Shown here piece after piece: positions 17,943 through 27,501 of a stretch of DNA of 64,000 nt; positions within the stretch are counted from its first letter, which is position 1, and each line of letters opens with the position of its first letter. Location: NCBI GenBank assembly GCA_963676515.1, contig OY781061.1, forward strand, positions 1,377,777 through 1,441,776. Reading direction: 5' to 3'. Both the position numbers and the translations under genes were made by a program. The notes beneath the pieces were generated by a model that was not told the origin of the DNA, did not search any database, and saw only the letters and a program-made list of their open reading frames with translations. The DNA is from Candidatus Cloacimonadota bacterium (GTDB taxonomy: Bacteria; Cloacimonadota; Cloacimonadia; G963667145).

Positions 17943-19313
17943 ATGAGTAAATTGATGGTGAGTGTGTCGGGTATGAGGGGAGTCTATGGCAAAGATCTTT
18001 TGCCAGAAAATGTCGTGCGAGTGGCTGGCAAATTTGGCTATAACCAAGGTAGAGGAAAGATAGTGGTGGGCACAGACAGTAGGACGACTGGCAAGGCGAT
18101 GCTTCATAGTGTGAAAGCGGGATTGCTGAGTGTAGGGTGCACTGTAGTGGATATCGGAGTGGTGTCTACGCCGACGGTGTTATTGCAGGTGCAAGAGTCC
18201 GATGCCGACGGGGGAATAGCTATCACCGCTAGCCACAATCCTGGTCAGTGGAATGCGATGAAGTTCGTAGATAGCAACGGTCTATTCTTGTATCCAGACA
18301 AAGCGAAAAGTTTTATCGACTCTCTGGATGACGCCGTGCCTTATGCCACTTGGGACAAGATGGGTACAGAGCAATGGGAAGACACCGCTATTGAGTTGCA
18401 TCTAAAGAAAATTTTAGAGCTGTCTTTTATGGATTTGGAAGCGATTAGGCAAAAAAGGTTTAGTGTGGCTCTGGACACCGTCAACGGTGCTGGAGGCGAG
18501 ATTTGCTTGGAACTTTTGAATCGCCTAGGATGTGTGGTGGAGCAGATAAACACCGAGCCTACGGGAGTGTTCGCTCATAATCCTGAACCTCAGGCAAAAA
18601 ACTTGACTCAGCTCTGCGAGCTAGTGCAAGAGAGCGGTGTGGATGTTGGCTTTGCTACAGATCCCGATGTAGATCGCTTGGCTATCGTGGATGAGACAGG
18701 AGAGTGCATAGGCGAGGAGAAAAGCCTGCTCTTGTGCGAAGATTATATCTTGGCTAAAACGCCCAGTGATATAGTGACCAACCTTTCCTCGTCGATGGGT
18801 AGCGACGATTTGGCGAAAAAATATGGAGTAAAAGTTTATCGTGAGAAGGTGGGGGAGATCAATGTTGGCTCGAAGATGAAAGAGGTGGGAGCCACAATCG
18901 GAGGAGAGGGGAATGGCGGTGTGATTTGCTCGGAGCTACATTACACCAGAGATGCCATCGTGGGCATAGCTATCGTGCTGAACTATATGGCGACATCTGG
19001 CAAGCGGTTGTCGGAGCTAAATGAGAAGTTGCCGACTTACTTTTTCGCTAAGCGAAAGGTGGACACTAGCTTTGAGGATTTGGATAAGGTGATGAAGTTG
19101 GCACAAAAAATTTATGATGATGCTGATTTTTGGGCTGGCGAGGATAAGCGATTGGATAGCAAAGATGGGATAAAAGTAGTGGGCGATAAGAAATGGGTGC
19201 ATATCCGTAAAAGTGGAACAGAGCCGATAGTGCGGGTGTATGTAGAGGCAGAGAGTGAGAAAAAGGCAGAGCAAATTTGTGATGAGGTCTGCCAAAAAAT
19301 AACTAAGTTTTGA
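17943..19313 (+). CDS. alpha-D-phosphohexomutase (phosphoglucosamine mutase / phosphomannomutase family)
   Basis: Active-site serine loop ITASHNPGQWNAMKF; metal-binding loop DPDVDRLA; 456 aa. Confidence 0.85.
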   Translation: MSKLMVSVSGMRGVYGKDLLPENVVRVAGKFGYNQGRGKIVVGTDSRTTGKAMLHSVKAGLLSVGCTVVDIGVVSTPTVLLQVQESDADGGIAITASHNPGQWNAMKFVDSNGLFLYPDKAKSFIDSLDDAVPYATWDKMGTEQWEDTAIELHLKKILELSFMDLEAIRQKRFSVALDTVNGAGGEICLELLNRLGCVVEQINTEPTGVFAHNPEPQAKNLTQLCELVQESGVDVGFATDPDVDRLAIVDETGECIGEEKSLLLCEDYILAKTPSDIVTNLSSSMGSDDLAKKYGVKVYREKVGEINVGSKMKEVGATIGGEGNGGVICSELHYTRDAIVGIAIVLNYMATSGKRLSELNEKLPTYFFAKRKVDTSFEDLDKVMKLAQKIYDDADFWAGEDKRLDSKDGIKVVGDKKWVHIRKSGTEPIVRVYVEAESEKKAEQICDEVCQKITKF

Positions 19314-19336
19314 AATAAAAAGCGAAGAAGTGTAAA

Positions 19337-21382
19337 ATGAATTTTTTATTGGAAGTAGGTACAGAAGAGATACCCGCTGGATATATAGCTGGAGCTGTAC
19401 AGCAGCTGAGAGATTTTTTGCAAAAAGGTTTGCAGGAGTCTGAACTTGGTTTTCAGGAGATTAAAGTTTTTAGTACGCCGCGGAGATTGGCGGTATGTAT
19501 AGCAGGGATTCCTAAGGCACAAGAAGATAAGCTGGTGGAAAAGGTTGGACCTAGTGTGAAGGTCGCTTATTTGCCAGATGGCAAGAGCTTATCCAAAGCA
19601 GGAGAAGGCTTTTTGCGTAGTAGCGGATGTGATGCTAGTCAGATTTGCGTGGTGGACGGCAAAAAGGGCAAAAACATTTGCGTGAATTATGAGCGGAAAG
19701 GGAAAAGTTCAAAAGAGATTTTGACAGCTTTGGTGAGGGATGCGATAGGCAAAGTTAACTTTCCTAAATCGATGAAATGGGGAGATGGCTCTTTTTTCTT
19801 CGCACGACCTATTCGCTGGTTGGTGGCTTTGCTGGACAATGAGATTTTGGATGTAGAGGTGGCTGGAGTGCAAGCTGGGCGGGTAACTTTCTCGCATCGT
19901 GAATTTGGTGGAAAGCATAGCTTGGCTGATCCTCGTGAATACGAGCAGGCTCTGCTAGATGGCAGGGTGATTGCCGATCGTACTAAGCGGATGGAGAGCA
20001 TCTTGGAGCAGTTTGAACGATTGGATGTAGAAGTGGTGGATGATAGCAAGCTGATGAATCTAGTGTGCGACATCGTGGAGTATCCTGTAGTAATGGTAGG
20101 TGAGTTCGAGGAAAAGTTCTTGCTTTTGCCCGAGAAAATCATCGTTACCACTTTGTGTGAGCATCAGAAATGTTTTGCTACTCGCGAAGATGGCAAATTG
20201 GTCAACAAGTTTGTGTTCGTGTCTAACGGTAAAAAAGAAAACGAAGAGATTATCATCGTCGGCAATCAAAAGGTTGCTAAGGCGAGGTTGTCGGATGCGG
20301 AGTTTTTTTACAAAGAGGATACGAAGCAAAGTTTGTTAGATTATTATTCCGATTTGGGCGAAGTTACTTTTCAGCGAGATTTGGGCTCTCTTTTGTCGAA
20401 AGTACAACGAGTGGAGAATGTCTGCAACTATCTGTCAGAGAAGTTAGATTTGTTAGAAAGAGAAGATTTGCACTTGGCAGCTAAGCTGTGCAAGTGTGAT
20501 TTGGTTACGACGATGCTGGGAGAGAAGGAGTTTACTAAGTTGCAAGGATATATCGGTAGACAGTACGCTCTGAGTGCGGGAGTTAGCCAAAGTGTGGCGG
20601 AGGCGATAGAGGAGCATTACTTGCCCAAAGGTTTGGGTGGAGATTTGCCCAAGGGAGATTTAGGAGCTGTTTTGGCGATTGCGGACAAGATGGATACGCT
20701 TTGTGGGATAGTTGGTATCGGGATGTTGCCCACTGGTTCTGCGGATCCTTTCGCTCTACGCAGGGCGGCTACGGGGATTTGTAGGATAGTGTTGGATAGA
20801 GGTTACGATTTGGATTTGGTGGATGTGGTCAAAGAGTGTTTCGCTCAGCAGCCAGATAGTGTGGATAAGAAGCATACGGATTTTGTGATCGATTATCTTA
20901 GGCAAAGAGTCAAATATGTGTTTGGGCAAAGAAAAGTGGGAGCCGATTTGTTGCATGCTTTGCTGGATGGTAGCAAAACCTTGAGTCTGGTAGAAACTCA
21001 GAAAAAGCTATCGGTATTGCAACCGATGAAAAGTAGCCAAGAGTTTTTGCAGTTGGTACTGGCGTGCAAGCGGATAGATAATATCTTGGCGGGCACTAGC
21101 CCCAAAGGCAAGGTGCTAGAAGCTCTTTTGCAAGAGGAAGAGGAGAAAGAACTTTTTGCTGCTTATACTAAACTGGATTTGGATAGCGAAAGAGATTTTG
21201 CAGAAGTGATTGAAGATTTGGTTGGCTTTTGTGGATTTATCGAGCGTTTTTTTGATAAAATAATGGTCAATGCCGAGGATGAAAAGCTGAAAATGAACAG
21301 ATGGAATCTTCTGGCGGATATTAGTGCCAGCATAAAAAAAATAGTAGATCTAAACAAGATCGAAGCGGGAGAATTAAAATAA
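19337..21382 (+). CDS. glyS: glycine--tRNA ligase beta subunit
   Basis: N-terminus MNFLLEVGTEEIPAGYI is the GlyS signature; 681 aa; no glyQ in the window. Confidence 0.85.
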   Translation: MNFLLEVGTEEIPAGYIAGAVQQLRDFLQKGLQESELGFQEIKVFSTPRRLAVCIAGIPKAQEDKLVEKVGPSVKVAYLPDGKSLSKAGEGFLRSSGCDASQICVVDGKKGKNICVNYERKGKSSKEILTALVRDAIGKVNFPKSMKWGDGSFFFARPIRWLVALLDNEILDVEVAGVQAGRVTFSHREFGGKHSLADPREYEQALLDGRVIADRTKRMESILEQFERLDVEVVDDSKLMNLVCDIVEYPVVMVGEFEEKFLLLPEKIIVTTLCEHQKCFATREDGKLVNKFVFVSNGKKENEEIIIVGNQKVAKARLSDAEFFYKEDTKQSLLDYYSDLGEVTFQRDLGSLLSKVQRVENVCNYLSEKLDLLEREDLHLAAKLCKCDLVTTMLGEKEFTKLQGYIGRQYALSAGVSQSVAEAIEEHYLPKGLGGDLPKGDLGAVLAIADKMDTLCGIVGIGMLPTGSADPFALRRAATGICRIVLDRGYDLDLVDVVKECFAQQPDSVDKKHTDFVIDYLRQRVKYVFGQRKVGADLLHALLDGSKTLSLVETQKKLSVLQPMKSSQEFLQLVLACKRIDNILAGTSPKGKVLEALLQEEEEKELFAAYTKLDLDSERDFAEVIEDLVGFCGFIERFFDKIMVNAEDEKLKMNRWNLLADISASIKKIVDLNKIEAGELK

Positions 21383-21384
21383 AA

Positions 21385-21744
21385 TTGCTTATGGATAAGA
21401 TGTCTAAAAATTTAAAGATGAAGTTGTTTGAGCTTTTTGGGAATCCGAATAGTAAATCGAGCGACAGTTACCGAGTGATGAGTACTGGCGAGAAAGAGTT
21501 TTTCACGGGTTCGGCACAGTCGTACTTGCTAAATTTGCTCTACAGCTCATCTATCGACCCGAGGTCTTTTGAGACGGTTATGGAGGTTTCCAGCGGGTTT
21601 TATAGATTTTACAAAGAGAAAATAGAGGTAGAAAATTTGAAGAAAATCGTGGAGTCGGTGGTGTTCGCCATAGGCGAGAGCGATTCTGGTGCGAATATTA
21701 GCATTCTGGACAAAATCTATCCCGAAGAGGAAGAGGCAAATTAG
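21385..21744 (+). CDS. hypothetical protein (119 aa) translationally coupled between glyS and topA
   Basis: ORF track; starts 3 nt after the glyS stop and ends 1 nt before the topA start. Confidence 0.5.
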   Translation: MLMDKMSKNLKMKLFELFGNPNSKSSDSYRVMSTGEKEFFTGSAQSYLLNLLYSSSIDPRSFETVMEVSSGFYRFYKEKIEVENLKKIVESVVFAIGESDSGANISILDKIYPEEEEAN

Positions 21745-23955
21745 ATGGCAAAAAGTTTACTAATCGTGGAGTCACCCGCTAAGAGTAAGACTATTTCTAA
21801 GTTTTTGGGTAATCAATTCAAGGTGGAATCTTCTATGGGGCATATTCGCGATTTGCCGAAGAGCAAACTAGGTGTGGATGTGGAAAACGATTTTGCCGTG
21901 AAATATGTGAATAATCGCTCGAAAGCGAAGATTACCAAAAAGCTTAAAGAAGCTGCCAAAGCTGCCAAAGATATATATTTAGCGGCTGACCCCGATCGTG
22001 AGGGTGAGGCGATAGCTTGGCATTTGACGGAGCTTCTGAAAAAAGAGATTAAAGATAAAGCTGTGTATCGCGTGGTGTTCAATGAAATTACCCAAAAAGC
22101 GGTGCAAAAAGCGGTGAATAACCCCATAGATATCGATATGAATATGGTCAACTCCCAGCAGGCAAGAAGGGTGTTGGACAGATTGGTTGGTTATGAGATT
22201 TCGCCCCTGATCTGGAGGGTGATCTATTATGGATTGTCTGCTGGTAGGGTGCAGTCTGTGGCTTTACGGATGGTGTGTGAAAAAGAGGAGCTGATAAAAG
22301 CTTTTGTGCCGGAAGAGTACTGGGAAGTTTTTGGATTTTTTGGTAAAGGTAAGATGCAATCTTTTATGACAAAACTTGTGGAGATAGACGGGAAGAAAGC
22401 TGAGCCGAAAAATAAAGAGCAGGTGGACGATTTGCTGGGCAAGATTGCTGGCAAAGAGACGAAGATTTTGGATATTGAGCAGAGTCAGCGGAAGAACAAT
22501 CCTCTGCCTCCTTTTATCACTTCCACCTTGCAAAGGGCAGCTTCTACATATTTGGGATTTTCTGCAAAAAGAACTATGGGAGTGGCTCAGAAGCTCTACG
22601 AGGGAATCGTCTTGGAGAAAGAGAGTACGGGTCTTATTACTTATATGCGTACGGACTCTGTGAGGATGTCCGATGAGGCGGTGAAAGCTACTAGAGCTTT
22701 GATACCGAAGATGTTTGGCAAAGAGGCGTTAGAGCCGAAAGCTAGACATTTTAGAGGGAAGAAGGGTGCTCAAGATGCACATGAGGCTATTCGTCCTACG
22801 GATGTAAGAATAAATCCTGAGAGTATCAAGAAGTTTTTGAGTAGTGAGCAGTTTAAGTTGTACAACTTGATTTGGCAGAGGTTCGTGGCGACCCAGATGA
22901 AACCTGCGGTGGTAGCTTCCAAAAAGGTGAAGATTGCCAAGGGTATAGCACTTTTTGAGGCACAGGGCGGTAGCGTGATAGATGCTGGCTTTACAGCGTG
23001 TTACACTTTTACTAAGTTGGCTTTGGGAGAGAGTATCGACCCTTTGTATCAAAAAGATGATGTTTTGGACAAAGAGGATATCGTGCCTGAGCAAAAATAC
23101 ACCAAGCCTCCAGCTAGATACTCGGAGAGTTCTCTGATAAAAGAGCTGGAAGCCAAAGGGATTGGTAGACCATCTACTTATGCAAATATTTTGTCCACTA
23201 TCCAAGACCGCGGTTATGTGCAATTATCCGAAAAGAAGTTTTACGCACTTGAGCTAGGAATGGCGGTGAACAAGTTTTTGGTAGGCAGTTTCGATTCGTT
23301 TTTCAACACCGATTTTACATCTGGGATGGAGAGCGATCTGGACGATATCAGCGAAGGGAAACTGGACTGGAAGAAGTTTTTGGCCGTTTATTACAAAGAG
23401 ATGCATAAGCTGATGGACAAAGTAGATACTACCAAAGCAAAAGCTGCTCTGGTGAAGTCAACTAGAAAAAAATGCCCCGAGTGTGGAAAATTTTTGGTGA
23501 TAAAATGGGGTCGCAACGGACAGTTTTTGACTTGTAGCGATTACCCTAAATGCAAGTTCTCGGCTAATTTTTGCATAAACGACAAAGGTAGAATAGAGAT
23601 AGAGAAGCCTGAGGTTTTGGAAGAAAAATGTCCCAAGTGTGGGAAAGATTTGATGATTAAAAAAGGAAGATTTGGGGAATTTATAGCTTGCGTAGGCTAT
23701 CCCGATTGTAAATTTTCCAAGCCGCTTACTTTGGGAGTGAAATGTCCCTTATGTGGCAAAGGCGAGATTGCTCAGAAGATGAGTAAAAGAGGCATCTTTT
23801 ATGGATGTACGCAGTACCCAGAGTGTAAATTTGCGACGAATAATAAGCTGGTACCGATAGCTTGCCCAGAGTGTGGGAATCCCTATATGGAGATTAGAAA
23901 TATTAAAGGAAAGCAGGTCAAAGTTTGTCCCAAATGCGGACAAGAGGCCATGTAA
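21745..23955 (+). CDS. topA: DNA topoisomerase I with four C-terminal C4 zinc ribbons
   Basis: TOPRIM N-terminus (LLIVESPAKSKTI...DPDREGEAIAWH); catalytic region TYMRTDS; four repeats of CP.CG..L...G.FG.F..C..YP.C. Confidence 0.93.
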   Translation: MAKSLLIVESPAKSKTISKFLGNQFKVESSMGHIRDLPKSKLGVDVENDFAVKYVNNRSKAKITKKLKEAAKAAKDIYLAADPDREGEAIAWHLTELLKKEIKDKAVYRVVFNEITQKAVQKAVNNPIDIDMNMVNSQQARRVLDRLVGYEISPLIWRVIYYGLSAGRVQSVALRMVCEKEELIKAFVPEEYWEVFGFFGKGKMQSFMTKLVEIDGKKAEPKNKEQVDDLLGKIAGKETKILDIEQSQRKNNPLPPFITSTLQRAASTYLGFSAKRTMGVAQKLYEGIVLEKESTGLITYMRTDSVRMSDEAVKATRALIPKMFGKEALEPKARHFRGKKGAQDAHEAIRPTDVRINPESIKKFLSSEQFKLYNLIWQRFVATQMKPAVVASKKVKIAKGIALFEAQGGSVIDAGFTACYTFTKLALGESIDPLYQKDDVLDKEDIVPEQKYTKPPARYSESSLIKELEAKGIGRPSTYANILSTIQDRGYVQLSEKKFYALELGMAVNKFLVGSFDSFFNTDFTSGMESDLDDISEGKLDWKKFLAVYYKEMHKLMDKVDTTKAKAALVKSTRKKCPECGKFLVIKWGRNGQFLTCSDYPKCKFSANFCINDKGRIEIEKPEVLEEKCPKCGKDLMIKKGRFGEFIACVGYPDCKFSKPLTLGVKCPLCGKGEIAQKMSKRGIFYGCTQYPECKFATNNKLVPIACPECGNPYMEIRNIKGKQVKVCPKCGQEAM

Positions 23956-23982
23956 AAACGATTAAGACAAGGAGAGTTAAGT

Positions 23983-25710
23983 ATGTCTAGTAAACCGAGT
24001 TTAGAGTTTTATGACTCTATCGAACAGATCTCGCCAGTAAGAGCGGTGGCTGAATCTTTGCTGCACTCAAAGAAAGTGCGGAAAGTAACTGCTGCAGAAG
24101 CTTACGAATTGGCTAGAAAGCAATCAGGAGTGGAAGAGACTGACCTGGAGATTTATGCCGGGACAGCCGAAAGATTGGGCTTAGCAAAAGGCTCCAAAGT
24201 GTTAGTGGATAATCACGGAAAAATCATCGGTCGTACCGCCAAGGCCAGAAGATTTTATGCCAAGAGTTCTGCTGCTGACAAGAGGAAATTGGACGGAGAC
24301 TTGAGAGAGGCTGTCTATCAGATGCAGAAGCAACCGCTGATTAAAGCTGATGCGATTATCGGTCTTGATAACGATTTGATGCTCAAAGCTACTTACATCA
24401 CGACAGAATCTGATGCGAGTAATGTGTTTAACTGGCTTTGCAACTTTACGCCTTTTGAGTCTATGGCGAAAGAGTATGCCAAGAGCAAAAAGTTGCCGAT
24501 TCAGGATATCATTATTTTGGCTTTCAACGATTGGGGCAACGATGATCCTTTCTACGAAAACACAGGTGCTCCTCAGCTGGCTTTGGTAGACCAAAACCAC
24601 AATGTGATTGTGAACTTGGGAATGCGTTATTTTGGTGAGAGGAAAAAAGGCACGCTGACTTTGGCTTGGACTAGCGGAATGCGTCTGGGTATGGCAGCTA
24701 GCCACGGTGGCATCAAAGAGATAGATTTCTCTGAATGCAGCGATGAGTTCAAATCTTTGGGCAAAAGAGCGATAGCTTTTTACGGATTATCTGGCACTGG
24801 CAAATCTTCGCACACCAACTCTGCAGACAATGCGGGCACGATGCCTAAAGGGTTCAAGAAAGTTGTGTTGCATGACGATGCTTTCCAGATTGATGTGAAA
24901 GACAAAGTTTGTCGTGTATGGGAGCCTAGCTTGTTTGACAAGACCGACTCTCGCGACTTGGATAATCCAGAGTGGAAATATCTGACCGCTGTGATGAACC
25001 ATGCGATTATCACCTATAAAGACAAAGTGGTGCCACTGGGATTGGATGCTCGCCAACAAAACGGGCGTGCTTTGCTCGACCGTGATCTGTTAGGTAATTG
25101 GGTGAACAAGTGTGAATTTCCGAACGCGCTTGTTTGGTTGATGAAAGACACTATCTTGCCTCCAGTGGTGAAGATCACAGACAAGTATCTGGGTGTGGCT
25201 ATGGGTGCTGCTCTGATGACAGAGAGGAACGCTGCCGAGAATGTGAAAGCTGAAGATTTGGGGAAACTGGTTTTTGTGCCTTATGCCAATCCTTTCCGTG
25301 TTTATGAATTGTACAAAGATGTAGAGTCTTTCAAGACAGTGGTGGATAATGGTGCTGACTGCTTTGTGTTCAACTCTGCTGGCTATTGGAGATCTTCTAC
25401 AGAAGATTTGGAAGATGTGAAACTCAAGACCTCTTTGTCTTTGCAAACAGCTATCCTTACGGATGCTTTGGAATGGGAAGAGTGGGATCTTTTGCCAGGA
25501 GCGAAGATACCTACCAAAGAGTCGATCGAGAAGATAATTCCCGATTACTACGAGAAGTACGATCCAGCTAAGCGTCAAAACTTGAAAGAGTACAAGAAAC
25601 TGGTGAAAGGTAGATTCCAACAAAGAATAGAGTTCTTACAAAATTCTGATGTTGCTGAAAAACCTGAGCTTTTGAAAAAACTTGTGGCTTCATTAAAAGT
25701 GAACTGCTAG
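23983..25710 (+). CDS. phosphoenolpyruvate carboxykinase (ATP) family protein, divergent
   Basis: Kinase-1a P-loop FYGLSGTGKSS matches PckA GLSGTGKTT; N-terminal GKIIGRTAKARRFY resembles the PckA substrate loop; 575 aa. Confidence 0.55.
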   Translation: MSSKPSLEFYDSIEQISPVRAVAESLLHSKKVRKVTAAEAYELARKQSGVEETDLEIYAGTAERLGLAKGSKVLVDNHGKIIGRTAKARRFYAKSSAADKRKLDGDLREAVYQMQKQPLIKADAIIGLDNDLMLKATYITTESDASNVFNWLCNFTPFESMAKEYAKSKKLPIQDIIILAFNDWGNDDPFYENTGAPQLALVDQNHNVIVNLGMRYFGERKKGTLTLAWTSGMRLGMAASHGGIKEIDFSECSDEFKSLGKRAIAFYGLSGTGKSSHTNSADNAGTMPKGFKKVVLHDDAFQIDVKDKVCRVWEPSLFDKTDSRDLDNPEWKYLTAVMNHAIITYKDKVVPLGLDARQQNGRALLDRDLLGNWVNKCEFPNALVWLMKDTILPPVVKITDKYLGVAMGAALMTERNAAENVKAEDLGKLVFVPYANPFRVYELYKDVESFKTVVDNGADCFVFNSAGYWRSSTEDLEDVKLKTSLSLQTAILTDALEWEEWDLLPGAKIPTKESIEKIIPDYYEKYDPAKRQNLKEYKKLVKGRFQQRIEFLQNSDVAEKPELLKKLVASLKVNC

Positions 25711-25727
25711 AGAGAAAACAGTAAATT

Positions 25728-25758
25728 GTTTGCCCCGAAATTTCGGGGCAAATTTTTT
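25728..25758 (+). terminator. rho-independent terminator
   Basis: ttgccccgaaatttcggggcaa plus atttttta. Confidence 0.7.
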
Positions 25759-25773
25759 ATAAGGACATAAAGT

Positions 25774-27450
25774 ATGAAAAAATTTAAGCTAAACTTTAAT
25801 CAAAAAATATATTTGCTGGTAAGTATGATTTTATTATTTTTTTTCTTTGATAAAATAGATAAAATTCATATTATTTCAACTAGTAAGAATCTTTTCTTGA
25901 ATAGGGGTTGGTATTATGGTGTTATTCTTTTTGGAATAAATACTTTTGCTATTTTTTCTTTTTTCGTTATTCTTCATCTTAAAAACAGATATTTAAAATA
26001 TTTTTCTCTGATAGTTTTGATATTATTTTGGTTAATAAATTTTATTTATCAGATTATTTCAGGGAGCAACATGGAAATTGTTCATATATTGACAGCTATA
26101 GAAAATTTGTCTTTTGCTTTAGAAGCATTTTCAGTTTATAAGACTATAATTTTGCTCTCTTTTTGTAAAAGTTTTCTTCTAATTTTATTTTTGGTTTTAT
26201 TCTTTTACTTTTTACCTAAATTATCTTTTTTTGATAATATTAAATATTCATATAAATATCTTTTTGTTCCAGTTCTTACTTTTTTACTTGTTCTTAGTTC
26301 GGTTTTGTATTCACGAAGTTTGGTTAGAGAATTTCCTGCTGTTTATAGGATTTCTAGTTTGGTAACCTATTTTACTTTTCATAAGCTTTATCAAGGCGAA
26401 AGAGAATCAACTGTTAAAATCTTAAATAGCAGCAGTAAGCAACAAAAAAGTATAATTCTTATTGTAGATGAAAGCATAAGGGGAGACATTCTTTCAATAA
26501 ATGATTCTACTCAAACGGAAATGACACCTTATTTAAAAAGTATTGAAAAAAGTTTTGTTAATTTTGGTATAGCTTCTTCTGCAGCCAATAACTCTGCTTC
26601 TAGCAATTTGATAATGCGAACAGGAATGCAGCTTGATCAACTTCCAGATTTAGATCAGAGAGCTTTAAAGAAAGCAGATTTGTTTGTTTATGCCAAAAAT
26701 GCGGGATATAAAATTTTGCTTTGTGACGCCCAGATGAATAGAGGTACTTTTACTAATTTTTTTAAAGCAAGTGATATGATGAATACAGACAGTGTTTTTC
26801 AATATGGAAAAGGTAAAAATAATGGTCCATATTGCGATTTAAAAATTATTCCTGTAATTTCAGAGTTTTTAAAAAAAAACAGCAATACTTTTGTAATGTT
26901 TAATAAAGCAGGTGCTCATTTTCCATATAAACATTTTTATCCCGACAGTGTGGCAAAAATTTTGCCTATTGCCAAAGGGAGTGAAGATTTTTCAACAACT
27001 GATAGAAGTAAAATGGTGAATAGTTATAAAAATGCCGTTAATTGGGGTGTAGATTACTTTTTCGAAGAACTTCTCAAAAATATAGATCTTAGCAAAACGA
27101 CGATTTTATATACAAGTGACCATGGGGTGAGCCTTTTAGAGGGTTATGAAGATCATTGCACGATGGAGAATCCTCCTTCAGCGCAAGCCACAGTTCCGCT
27201 TATTATGTTTGGAAATTTTGCGGAAAAAATGGAGAAAAACTTTGTAATTAACAGCTCATCTCACTTTCAAATTTTCCCATCACTTTTAATTATGATGGGG
27301 TATGATGAAGAGAGTGTAATAAATAAATATGGGGTGCCTTTGTGGTTTGATTATAGTAATCACCAAAGGTATTTCATTTCGGGAAATGCTTTTTTTGATA
27401 AAAAGTTTTTTTTAAAGAATAAATTTCAGTTAAATGCTAAGAGATTATAG
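25774..27450 (+). CDS. phosphoethanolamine transferase (EptA/LptA-like; 5 TM plus sulfatase/alkaline-phosphatase-superfamily domain)
   Basis: N-terminal polytopic region; catalytic region ILIVDESIRGD; metal site YTSDHGVSL; gene strongly AT-rich relative to its neighbours. Confidence 0.75.
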   Translation: MKKFKLNFNQKIYLLVSMILLFFFFDKIDKIHIISTSKNLFLNRGWYYGVILFGINTFAIFSFFVILHLKNRYLKYFSLIVLILFWLINFIYQIISGSNMEIVHILTAIENLSFALEAFSVYKTIILLSFCKSFLLILFLVLFFYFLPKLSFFDNIKYSYKYLFVPVLTFLLVLSSVLYSRSLVREFPAVYRISSLVTYFTFHKLYQGERESTVKILNSSSKQQKSIILIVDESIRGDILSINDSTQTEMTPYLKSIEKSFVNFGIASSAANNSASSNLIMRTGMQLDQLPDLDQRALKKADLFVYAKNAGYKILLCDAQMNRGTFTNFFKASDMMNTDSVFQYGKGKNNGPYCDLKIIPVISEFLKKNSNTFVMFNKAGAHFPYKHFYPDSVAKILPIAKGSEDFSTTDRSKMVNSYKNAVNWGVDYFFEELLKNIDLSKTTILYTSDHGVSLLEGYEDHCTMENPPSAQATVPLIMFGNFAEKMEKNFVINSSSHFQIFPSLLIMMGYDEESVINKYGVPLWFDYSNHQRYFISGNAFFDKKFFLKNKFQLNAKRL

Positions 27451-27501
27451 TAAAAGGTTAATAGATGATTAAGTTATTTGAATTATTGTTTGGAGAAAAG
27501 T

